Made by a program: the position numbers and the translations under genes. A stretch of DNA of 64,000 nt from Candidatus Heimdallarchaeum aukensis (GTDB taxonomy: Archaea > Asgardarchaeota > Heimdallarchaeia > Heimdallarchaeales > Heimdallarchaeaceae): positions 480,001 through 544,000 of the forward strand of contig CP084166.1 of assembly GCA_021513695.1 (NCBI GenBank), read 5' to 3'. Positions 28,392-37,625 of this stretch are shown one piece after another (the stretch's first letter is position 1; every line of letters begins with the position of its first letter). The notes under the pieces are model-generated. The model saw only the letters and a program-made list of their open reading frames with translations, was not told where the DNA came from and searched no databases.

Positions 28392-28980
28392 TAAAGAAAC
28401 AGAACTATATTTTGCTCAGTTTTTTGAAAAATTTCTAAAAAACAAAGAAATTATCATTAAAGGTTACAATGAAAGCAAAAATAGTGAATTTGAAATATCT
28501 TTCTCTGAACCGAAATTAATTTTCACTGGTGGTTTGCTCAATAGTACCATTCGAGATCTACTCTTTAATATAGCTATAGACAAAAATCAATTTGCTAAAA
28601 ACTATGAAGAACTAATTAGTGCAATTAATGAGGAATATATCATCGCAAAAAAGGATAATCGAATTCTAGCTTTGGGTATTGATACCAATATAATCTATTC
28701 AGGAGTTCTACTTACTGGATTATACAAACGTTTAATGAAAAAATTAGACTGGAAATTCCCTTTAATTGTAATCTCACATACCACTTCAGAAGAAATTCAC
28801 TATAAACGAGCTTCTAAATATAAAAATCCAACTTTAAATCAATTTAAAGCTAATATTCAGAAACAATCTGAAAATATTCAAAGTTTATTAAATAAAGTAT
28901 TTGCTGAAGAAGGAATGAATATTTCAGAAAGTGTTTATAGAAATCTACTTGATAGAGATGGTAGATTAGGCCATCTCTAG
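28384..28980 (+). CDS. Hypothetical protein, translationally coupled to the CARF-like gene (8-nt overlap).
   Basis: 198 aa. No clear family. Contains ILALGIDTNIIYSG, which is weakly PIN/NYN-like. Operon partner of 27837-28391. Confidence 0.3.
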   Translation: MNDKETELYFAQFFEKFLKNKEIIIKGYNESKNSEFEISFSEPKLIFTGGLLNSTIRDLLFNIAIDKNQFAKNYEELISAINEEYIIAKKDNRILALGIDTNIIYSGVLLTGLYKRLMKKLDWKFPLIVISHTTSEEIHYKRASKYKNPTLNQFKANIQKQSENIQSLLNKVFAEEGMNISESVYRNLLDRDGRLGHL

Positions 28981-29200
28981 GAGTATACAAATTGCTCTTA
29001 CATCGCATTAAAATGAATACAATTGTAATAAAATCAATTCACCCTTATTACTCTGGAAAGTTTTCCAATAATGGAAATGTTCCTAGAGAAATTGGTGCAA
29101 TATATGATTCTTTAGTTTGCATTAATTCATAACTCTAGAAGAAGGATTTTTGAACAAGATTAAATTAAAAAAAAAAAAGGATATAGAGAAAGTTGAGTTG

Positions 29201-30718
29201 TTACCAAATGAAGTCTACTATTAAGTTTCCAAGTGTCCAAGTAGATGGTAAAATACCAACTGATGCCAGAGCACACCATGCATCATACGCAAATCCAATA
29301 CCATACACAGGTTCTAAAGCATCACCAATACCAGCATCAATAACATTTGCAACAATAGTTTTCATTTCACTTGTAGAAATAGTACCGTCGTCAACAAGAG
29401 CGATTGCAACAGAAATAACACCTGTAGCAAGCATAGATATACATGGTGAAAAATAACTCGTTTTAAGAGCGTTTTTTAGGATATTTCTTATTTCTTCTTC
29501 AGTTATAGTGTCAGTAGGGGATACCTTAAACAAGTTTCCAATTAATTCATAGGTAGCATCTTTTATGTGTGCACCTGTGCTCCCTATTATTTTATCAGTG
29601 AAGTCTCTTAATGCTTTTGCCATTTTTCCTGCGGTTTCTGTGGAATGAGAAAGATAATAACTATTACAGTATCCCTTAATGTCTTCAATGACTTTTAGAG
29701 TATTATCTACAAGTTGATAACTATTCAATGAAGCTTTGATATCAGAGGTATCTGATGTTCTATCGCTAGCGAATGCCATTATAAATTCCCTGATTTCTCC
29801 AGAACCATCACCCCAACTAAATACATCTTTTGCTAGTATTTTCCATTTAAGGGGTCTGTGGGCGTAAGAAGGATTGTTTACTGATATCGTGAATTCAAGA
29901 GTTTTTTCTCCAGGATCTGGATTGGAAGAGCTATGTCTGTCCCATAATTGTGCTATATACACATTTTCATTATTAACAGCATCGTAGTAACCCAAATACA
30001 CATCAAGTTGAGTCCAGTCTGAGTATGATATCCTTGTCTTTACATATATATAATCAACATATACATTATCTGGTACGTAATAGTTATATATTGAAGCATA
30101 AGCCATAAAGGGATCGTCTAATTCTACTTCATTGTGATAAGTACTATCGAAGTAATAAGCATCTCTTGATACTGCTACAGAACCTTCACCCCCCTCACCG
30201 CCATATGGACTGTTTGTTTCATACTGACTATTTCCGCCTATTCCAGTTGTAATCGCGATAGACCAATAATCGATATATCCTTTATCACCGCTAGCACAAT
30301 CTTCTACGCGTAATTTCCATGTACCATAACAGTTGAATCCTTTAAAATAACTTGTAATAACGAAATCCTGATGGATGTCATCTGAGCTACCACCTTCTCT
30401 GTCCCAAATTTGATAAGTTAACCCACTAGGACTGACAACCCATATTTTTAGGTCTCCAATCCATGTATGAATAATGCTCACGTAAACTGAAACAGTATCT
30501 ATAGAATCAGATTTTGAGATATATATATAGCTTTCTGTTGTAGAATGATCATAGATATTATAGTTTGATCCATTGGACCCCTGTGTACCTGCAGCACTTG
30601 TAGCGCTAGTTGGCATTATGAATGTATTTTGAGGAATCACTGTTACTATCATTAATGCTAATATAGACAGACTTATTAAGTAGATTTTTGATTTAGATTT
30701 TAATTTCATGTTATCCAT
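29201..30718 (-). CDS. Secreted protein with a proprotein-convertase P-domain (pre-peptidase C-terminal-like) but no protease domain.
   Basis: Signal peptide/TM at the N-terminus (LISLSILALMIVTVIP). HTWIGDLKIWVVSPSGLTYQIW...GTWKLRVEDCASGDKGYIDYWSIAI matches the P-domain GDLxIxLxSPxGT...GxWxLxVxD...G.LxxWSL pattern. Confidence 0.5.
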   Translation of the reverse strand: MDNMKLKSKSKIYLISLSILALMIVTVIPQNTFIMPTSATSAAGTQGSNGSNYNIYDHSTTESYIYISKSDSIDTVSVYVSIIHTWIGDLKIWVVSPSGLTYQIWDREGGSSDDIHQDFVITSYFKGFNCYGTWKLRVEDCASGDKGYIDYWSIAITTGIGGNSQYETNSPYGGEGGEGSVAVSRDAYYFDSTYHNEVELDDPFMAYASIYNYYVPDNVYVDYIYVKTRISYSDWTQLDVYLGYYDAVNNENVYIAQLWDRHSSSNPDPGEKTLEFTISVNNPSYAHRPLKWKILAKDVFSWGDGSGEIREFIMAFASDRTSDTSDIKASLNSYQLVDNTLKVIEDIKGYCNSYYLSHSTETAGKMAKALRDFTDKIIGSTGAHIKDATYELIGNLFKVSPTDTITEEEIRNILKNALKTSYFSPCISMLATGVISVAIALVDDGTISTSEMKTIVANVIDAGIGDALEPVYGIGFAYDAWCALASVGILPSTWTLGNLIVDFIW

Positions 30719-30910
30719 TTCTTCTCACCTGTCGTAAGTAGAGGCATCCTCATACTCAAATGGGATGCCAATTTATATTTCACTACCGTTCTTTAAAAAT
30801 CAATTGTGCTTATAAGCAAAGCCTAATCTTGTTTTAATCACCATCAAGAACTTTTATGAATATAAAAAGAAGAAAGCTTTTTATTGTTGTTATCATATTA
30901 AAATTTATTA

Positions 30911-33541
30911 GTGAGGTTCACAGCAGCAAATAAAATATTATTGTCTCTTTTATTCAATGATTGTGTTCATATGTCTAATTCCCATCAATATAATGTTAGC
31001 TATTATGCTACACAGCGTGGAATAGCTGAAAGTACAGGTATTCCTCTGACAAATATCCCTAGAACCCTAAAAATGTTAATTAAAAAAGGATTTGTAGAAC
31101 AAAGTATGGGGTATACAAAAGATGCAATAAGAAGAAGAAAAGTGTATTTTCTCACAGAAATTGGAAAAAAAATGGCACAAAACCTTTACCATGAGCTATT
31201 AGAGCAAGAAATTACAATAATTAATAAACACGGTAAGAGTGAATTACATCCATTTAATGAAGTAGCGAAATTATATAATGTAGACGTTATAAAGATACTT
31301 AGAAATTTGGATTTGCAAGGAAATATTATGCTGGAAGAGCTTGTTCAAAATAACAATGAGGCTAATAAAGTTTATTTTCTTAATTATACACCAGAAGAGA
31401 ATTTTTTTTTCGGAAGAAAGGAAGAATTAGAAAAAATCAGAAGATTTATTGAACACGAACACAAAAAAGTTATAGCTGTATACGGTATTGCAGGTATAGG
31501 AAAGACCTCGTTGATATTAAAAATAATGCAGAATTATAGAAAGAATTACAATATTTTTTATTATAGATTACACGAGTGGGACAGCTTACGAAGTGTGTTA
31601 ACTTCATTATCTGACTTTTTAAGTAGGCTTGGAAAGAAAAGTTTGAGAAAATATTTGAATAATAACAGACCTTGCCTTGATGAAGTTCAAGCAATATTAA
31701 GAAAAGAATTAATGAACGTTAATTCTCTGTTGGTAATCGACGAAGTTCAAAACATTGCGAGCGATGAAATAGTTGATTTACTAAAATATCTTATAATAAT
31801 CTTTTGTGCTGAAATTGAGAATTCAATCCTTATTTTCGCCAGTAGAAAGAGGGTTAATTTCTACTCAATGAAACATACTCTAAAACGAAGCATCGGAGAA
31901 ATTGTTTTGAATGGGCTGGATAGGGAATCAAGTAATAAAATAATTGAGAAGAATATAAATATAAGAAACTTTGAGGAAATTTATAATATTACACAGGGAC
32001 ATCCCCTTGCTCTTAGATTCATAAGTAATTGCAATACGTTAAAGAAAGGAGAAAAAAACATCCTGAATTATGCATTCAATGAAATATATGACAATCTCTC
32101 ACCAAAAGAGAAAGAATTGTTATTTTTTCTCTATACATGTCGATATCCAGTGACAACTCAAATGCTTTTAGATAATAACTTTTCTTATGAAACTTTCCAA
32201 AGACTCTATAACAAAAGCTTTTGTTTTAAAACAGTTTTAGGTAATGTGCAACTACATTATATCCTTCGCAGCTTCCTTCACAAGCTTTTCTCACATAGTA
32301 TATCAGAAAACACGCAAATAGTAACTAACATAAAGATTGCAGAATATTATAGAAAAAATAAAACACCCTTGAACATTATTGCTGCTATATATCATTATTT
32401 TCATGCAAAAGAACACGAACAAGCTATAAAGCTAGCGATTCAATATGAGGATCTAATTATCGAAAATGGTTATTCTCAAGAGTTGATAGATATTTTAGAA
32501 ACGTTTGAAAAAGATATTATTTTAAAAGAAGATTGGAAGAGTATACTACAACTCAAAGGTAACGCGTATAATGCAATAGGAAAAATAAATTATGCGTTAA
32601 ATTTATACTTACAAGTCTTGGAATTATGCAAGAATACAGAAAAACCAGAAATAGAGCTTTTATTGGAAATAGGAAAATTGTATTTGAAAAAAAACGCATT
32701 TGATATTGCTTTAGATAAATATATCGAATGTTTAAGAAATGCAAAAGAAAGTGATAATAAAGAGAACATTGCTTATAGTTACTATTATATAGGAAAAACC
32801 TACTGGAAAAAAGGAAATCTTAAAAAATCGATTAGATGTTTGAAGAAAGCTCTTAGGTTCAGTAATCAAACCAACAATCTACACCTTAAAGGAAAAATCT
32901 ACATGGATTTTGCGATGGTATATTCTCTCAGAGCAATGTGGCAACAAGCAATAAATAGTTCTCTTCTAAGTCTTGAATTATTAGAAAGAACAGGCAATTA
33001 CTATGAGATAAGTAAGGCGTATAATAATATTGGAGTAATCTATTCCTCTAGGGGAGATTATGAGAAAGCAATTTATTACTACGAAAAACAATTAAGATGT
33101 GCAGAGAAATACGACTTTATACGAACAAAAGTTTATGCTTTTTGTAATATTGCATGGGCAATTGCTAATAAAAATAATGTATCTAAACAAGAGTTAGAGA
33201 AAGCAATAGGTTTATGCTCACAAGCTTTTGATATCTCACGACATCTTAAGGATGATAGGATAACAGCAGGTCTCTACACAGCTTATGGTTGCTTATTTGC
33301 AAAAATGCAAAAGTGGGCAAAAGCTATCCATTACTTTAATCATGCAATCAACTACTTAGAAAAAGAGAAGGATATCCTTCTCCTTCCTCGAATATTTTTT
33401 TGGTTTGGAAAAATCTATAAAGAGAAAGGCGATATAGCCAATGCTAAGAAATATTTTAACAGAGCTTATAAATATTATAAAAGAAGAAAAAACCGAATAA
33501 GAATTAAAGAGATTGAAGTTGAATTAGAAACATGTGTTTAG
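30911..33541 (+). CDS. STAND-type P-loop NTPase with an N-terminal winged-helix (MarR/PadR-like) domain and C-terminal TPR repeats.
   Basis: Walker A GIAGIGKTSL, Walker B SLLVIDEVQN, multiple TPR-like repeats in the C-terminal 350 aa (AYNNIGVIYSSRGDYEKAIYYYEKQL etc.). The N-terminal about 90 aa looks like a transcriptional-regulator wHTH. The real start may be the ATG at 30971. Confidence 0.55.
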   Translation: MRFTAANKILLSLLFNDCVHMSNSHQYNVSYYATQRGIAESTGIPLTNIPRTLKMLIKKGFVEQSMGYTKDAIRRRKVYFLTEIGKKMAQNLYHELLEQEITIINKHGKSELHPFNEVAKLYNVDVIKILRNLDLQGNIMLEELVQNNNEANKVYFLNYTPEENFFFGRKEELEKIRRFIEHEHKKVIAVYGIAGIGKTSLILKIMQNYRKNYNIFYYRLHEWDSLRSVLTSLSDFLSRLGKKSLRKYLNNNRPCLDEVQAILRKELMNVNSLLVIDEVQNIASDEIVDLLKYLIIIFCAEIENSILIFASRKRVNFYSMKHTLKRSIGEIVLNGLDRESSNKIIEKNINIRNFEEIYNITQGHPLALRFISNCNTLKKGEKNILNYAFNEIYDNLSPKEKELLFFLYTCRYPVTTQMLLDNNFSYETFQRLYNKSFCFKTVLGNVQLHYILRSFLHKLFSHSISENTQIVTNIKIAEYYRKNKTPLNIIAAIYHYFHAKEHEQAIKLAIQYEDLIIENGYSQELIDILETFEKDIILKEDWKSILQLKGNAYNAIGKINYALNLYLQVLELCKNTEKPEIELLLEIGKLYLKKNAFDIALDKYIECLRNAKESDNKENIAYSYYYIGKTYWKKGNLKKSIRCLKKALRFSNQTNNLHLKGKIYMDFAMVYSLRAMWQQAINSSLLSLELLERTGNYYEISKAYNNIGVIYSSRGDYEKAIYYYEKQLRCAEKYDFIRTKVYAFCNIAWAIANKNNVSKQELEKAIGLCSQAFDISRHLKDDRITAGLYTAYGCLFAKMQKWAKAIHYFNHAINYLEKEKDILLLPRIFFWFGKIYKEKGDIANAKKYFNRAYKYYKRRKNRIRIKEIEVELETCV

Positions 33542-33562
33542 TTTAACTTTTGTAAGTTATTT

Positions 33563-33838
33563 ATGCAATTTTCATTGTTTACTTACACAAACAAGTTGAT
33601 ATTAACAAAAGATAAGCAATTATATTCTCTGTTAAAGAGGACTGGAATACGTAGCGAATATATGGAGCTACCTAAATCAAGAGAAATAGCCAATAAAATT
33701 AAAATAACATACAATCAGTTTTCATATCTTGCTCGAGAATTGTTAGTATTATCTCCTTATTTAATAATAGAAGTAGATAATAAATCAATAGTACTAACAA
33801 TGAATTGGTTTGGACATGAAAAAGAAAAAATGGTATAG
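33563..33838 (+). CDS. Small hypothetical protein.
   Basis: 91-aa ORF in AT-rich context. No recognisable motif. Confidence 0.2.
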   Translation: MQFSLFTYTNKLILTKDKQLYSLLKRTGIRSEYMELPKSREIANKIKITYNQFSYLARELLVLSPYLIIEVDNKSIVLTMNWFGHEKEKMV

Positions 33839-33932
33839 AGGAGTAAAACGCTACAACAAAAATTGATGGTAAAGTTAGACATTTGTGTATTAAATGAAAT
33901 AAATATACTTATACAATATGAGCTATTGCGAT

Positions 33933-34301
33933 TTATAATTCTTCTAATTCATATTCTGTAACTTCTTTTTTAAATTCTTCTTCAGTTAATAGTACAACAT
34001 CAAAATCTAAATCTTCTATTTTCATATTAATAACATTGTATGAACTACCAATTTCAATATGAGCTTTAGGAAACCCATACTTGAGATTGGATGCAATCAT
34101 AGGATAAATATTCTTTTTAGGAGGATCTCCTGCAACAGTAAATATGATGTCTAAATCACTCTTATTACGATGATTCCCTCTTCTTCTTGAACCAGCTCTT
34201 GCTATTCCACTAACTCTAAGTCCAGTATTGTTTTTTATGAAATTTCCAATACTTCTCCACAACTTTGCATATCTCTGTTCAAATTCAGGTCTTTCAGCCA
34301 C
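33933..34301 (-). CDS. Minimal nucleotidyltransferase (MNT, Pol-beta superfamily). No cognate HEPN partner is visible.
   Basis: GSRRRGNHRNKSDLDI matches the GSxxxGxxxxxSDxD NTase motif. 122 aa. Confidence 0.6.
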   Translation of the reverse strand: MAERPEFEQRYAKLWRSIGNFIKNNTGLRVSGIARAGSRRRGNHRNKSDLDIIFTVAGDPPKKNIYPMIASNLKYGFPKAHIEIGSSYNVINMKIEDLDFDVVLLTEEEFKKEVTEYELEEL

Positions 34302-34531
34302 AAGCTAAATTATTACTTAAAATATAAAAACATTTTTTCTTTTTTTCTTTAATTATTCTTAAAAATTTTTATTTTGAATTTCAAATTATTTTTTCAATTT
34401 GAATAAGAGCGTTCAAAAATTAATTTTTATTAATGTGAGGGTTTATGTTGGAATTATGACTTACTTTCAGATCAAGATCCCCACAAAGTAAGAGAATTCA
34501 TAATCATTATGAACCTTTCCTTAAGAAACTG

Positions 34532-35229
34532 GTGGATGAGAAAACGAGAGAAAGCAAAAAAGGAAGAAAAAGAATAGCAAAAAGATGGGTGATTCTGGCT
34601 TTAGCGATTATTGCTAGAATAGACGGGATAGCTTGGAGGAAGTTAGAAGAAAAGTTGTCTCTATGTGATTTTTTGATAGAAGAGGGGTGGATGAGGAAGA
34701 TTCCTTCTAAATCTACTTTTCATGCTGTATGGAGAGCAACAGAAAGTAAAATCTTAGAGCAGTGGATAATAGATTTAGGGGGAGAAATAGTGAGAAAAAA
34801 AGGGTTGAAAGCTATGGCGGTGGACAGTTCAGGGTTTAAAATCCATCAAGCTTCTGTTTGGCGTTTTCTCAAATGGTCAAGAGGGACACTAAAGAAAACC
34901 TCTAAACTAAACTTCTCTTGAAGATACACCTTATAGCTGGTTTACCCTCCAGAGCTATAGTCTCTCTAGCACATTCTGCTAGTAACACTCACGATAGTAA
35001 AGTCTTCGGTTTGTTATGGCAAAAACTTCCTTCTGCACTCTTAAGACCGCTCTTGAGATTCTATGGTGACTGCGCCCACTGGACAGAAAATATCGTCGGT
35101 CTTCTTAGCCAACATTCCTTTTTTCCTGTTATTCCCCCAAAAAGTAATGCTCGTTATCCCTCTCCTCCTCCCCTTGGACCAATAGTTCAAGCTCATCGTC
35201 TCTACCCTGTTCTCTATCGTTTATCATAA
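34532..35229 (+). mobile_element. Decayed IS4/IS5-family DDE transposase remnant (two frameshifted ORFs) in a locally GC-rich stretch.
   Basis: ORF1 carries the IPSKSTFHAVWR N-terminal motif of IS5-like transposases. ORF2 carries KIHLIAGLPSRAIVSLAHSASNTHDS (cf. HLxVDxxGLPLxxxxTxANxHD), with the first catalytic Asp lost. GC content of about 34.9-35.4 kb is clearly higher than its surroundings. Confidence 0.5.
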
Positions 35230-35861
35230 TCACCACCCCGAGTATCGTAGTAGTATTGAACACGTCTTTGGTCTCCTCAAACTCTCTCTTCCCCCAATCC
35301 TTGATCGCTTACCCTCTACCATTCTCTCTACTCTTTATAGTTCTCTCCTCTGTTACAACTACCTTTTATTCCTTCGGACCGTTTAGCAGGTGAAAAAGAA
35401 TTTTTGGACATGCTTTTTGAATTAAATTTATCAATTCCTTATTGTCAAGAAAATCATTCTTAATGGAAAAAAATCTAAACAATTTTCATAGTTTGTTTCT
35501 CCAGCAATTATATCCTCTTTTAAAGGTTAGTAAAATAAAAAAAGCAATATCGCTTTCTGCACTTTAAAAAGTTTTATTCCACTCCTTATTTTCGAAGAAT
35601 TCAGTCATAATATTCTTAATTTATTCAGTTCTTGTTAAATAAAAAAAACAATAAAAATAGAATCACATCATTTCTTGAAGTTACAACTAACTTTTGGCGC
35701 ATAATAATTATAGATTAAAATACAAAAAGTTTGCTCAGAATTTGGGACTTTGAATGTTAAAATCATTATTCACTCTAGTTCGATTAGACTTTTGTAAAAA
35801 AAACATACAATAATAAAAAAAAATTTATTTTGATTTGAGAAAAATCCAATTCTCGTCTCAA

Positions 35862-37361
35862 TTATATATTTCTCGTTTGCTCAAGTTTACTTCTTTGTTT
35901 CCACAAATTAAGTATTCTTCGCTGTTTTTCTGATATTGTTTCAGTTTTTACTCTTTTTATTGCTCCTATCTTTTCATAAAAAGCATATAGTGCTGCCACT
36001 TTTATTTCCTCATTTTCTTCTATTTTTTCTTTGATTGAAGCTTTTTCTATAAAGTCTGTTGAAACTATTCTTTCTTGGAATTCTTTTGTTTCAAGTATAG
36101 TTTTATGGAAATCTATGTTGGTTGTAATCCCACTAATTGTTAATTCTTTAAAAGCTAACCTTGCTCTTTCTATTGCGTCGTTTCTTGTTTTTCCCCATAC
36201 AATTAGTTTTCCTAAAAGAGAGTCATATTCATTTGACACATTGTAAGATGAAAAAACAAAAGTATCAAATCTTACATGATATATACTTGGAGCTATTAAT
36301 TGTTCAATTTTTCCTGATTTAGGTAAGAAGGTTTTTGGGTCTTCAGCATTTATTCTAAATTCAATTGCACTTCCATTTATTTTTATTTCATCTTGAACAT
36401 AACTTAATTTTAATCCTCCTGCTACTCTGATTTGTTCAACTACAAGATCTATTCCAGTAACCATTTCTGTTACAGGGTGTTCTACTTGAATCCTTGGATT
36501 AACTTCATTGAAATAAATTTGTCCATCTTTGTAAAGAAATTCAGCTGTTCCAGCATTAACATATCCTAGCTCTTTAGCCATCTTACAGACTTTTTCTCCA
36601 AGTTCATTTCTTTCTTGTTCTGTCAAAAATGAAGGCGCTTCTTCTATTAGTTTCTGATGAGAACGCTGAATGCTACATTCTCTATCTCCTAAGTGGATTA
36701 CATTACCATAACTATCTCCAATGAACTGTATCTCTATGTGTCTTGGAGATTCGATGTATTTCTCTATGAAAACAGACTTATTACCAAAAAAGTTCTCTGC
36801 TACAGATTGTGCTCCTAAAAGAGAGATTTCTAAAGTTTCGGGAGAGTTGACTATTTCCATTCCTTTTCCTCCCCCTCCAAAAGCAGCTTTAATAATTATA
36901 GGATAACCTATTTTTTCTGCTACTGTCTTTGCTTCTTCCAGTGTTTCTACATATCCTTTTGAACCTGGAACAACAGGTATTCCTACTTTACTTGCTATGC
37001 TTCTTGCTTTAACTTTGTCTCCTAGAAGGTCTATTACCTCTGGAGAAGGACCAATGAAAACAATCTTGCTTTTTATTACTTTTCTTGCAAATTCTGAGTT
37101 TTCAGAGAGAAAACCATAACCTGGATGTATAGCATCACATTTAGCTTTTTTGGCTATTTTTATTATTTTATCAATGTTAAGATAAGTTTCATTAACTGAA
37201 CCAGAACCAATACAATAAGCTTCATCTGCTAGTTTAACGTGTAATGACTGAGAATCGACTACGGTAAAGATAGCTACAGTTTTGATATTCATAAGTTTAC
37301 AAGCACGAATGATTCTAACAGCTATCTCTCCTCTATTTGCAATAAGTATCTTCTTAAGCAT
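35862..37361 (-). CDS. accC: Biotin carboxylase subunit of acetyl/propionyl-CoA carboxylase (ATP-grasp).
   Basis: MLKKILIANRGEIAVRIIRAC... is the canonical AccC start. ATP-grasp motifs include a glycine-rich loop, EMNPR-like NPRIQVEHPVTE and a C-terminal biotin-carboxylase domain. The longer N-terminus in the ORF track (MKLYFF...) is probably spurious. Confidence 0.85.
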   Translation of the reverse strand: MLKKILIANRGEIAVRIIRACKLMNIKTVAIFTVVDSQSLHVKLADEAYCIGSGSVNETYLNIDKIIKIAKKAKCDAIHPGYGFLSENSEFARKVIKSKIVFIGPSPEVIDLLGDKVKARSIASKVGIPVVPGSKGYVETLEEAKTVAEKIGYPIIIKAAFGGGGKGMEIVNSPETLEISLLGAQSVAENFFGNKSVFIEKYIESPRHIEIQFIGDSYGNVIHLGDRECSIQRSHQKLIEEAPSFLTEQERNELGEKVCKMAKELGYVNAGTAEFLYKDGQIYFNEVNPRIQVEHPVTEMVTGIDLVVEQIRVAGGLKLSYVQDEIKINGSAIEFRINAEDPKTFLPKSGKIEQLIAPSIYHVRFDTFVFSSYNVSNEYDSLLGKLIVWGKTRNDAIERARLAFKELTISGITTNIDFHKTILETKEFQERIVSTDFIEKASIKEKIEENEEIKVAALYAFYEKIGAIKRVKTETISEKQRRILNLWKQRSKLEQTRNI

Positions 37362-37625
37362 GAAAAGTGAATATGCTACACCTTTATTTAAATGAGTTGT
37401 TGTTTTATGAGTAAAAAATATTATAAAAAAATACAATTTCAATTTATTTGAAATTAATTCAACAGAGAAATTCTTACTTGTTACATAGGTTTCTAAATGA
37501 TCTTTAATCTTAATTATAATAACAATAGAAACAATCTAAAGAGAACACTTCCTAAATTAGTAAAGTCAGTAGACAAAAATATTAATAATTAGCAACTAAT
37601 TATCCAATTTAGTTATATTTCCCAA

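Noticed and set aside
37362-37442. Longer N-terminal extension of accC (MKLYFFIIFFTHKTTTHLNKGVAYSLF...).
   Set aside because: The canonical biotin carboxylase N-terminus MLKKILIANRGEIA starts at the internal Met. The extension is hydrophobic junk in the promoter region.
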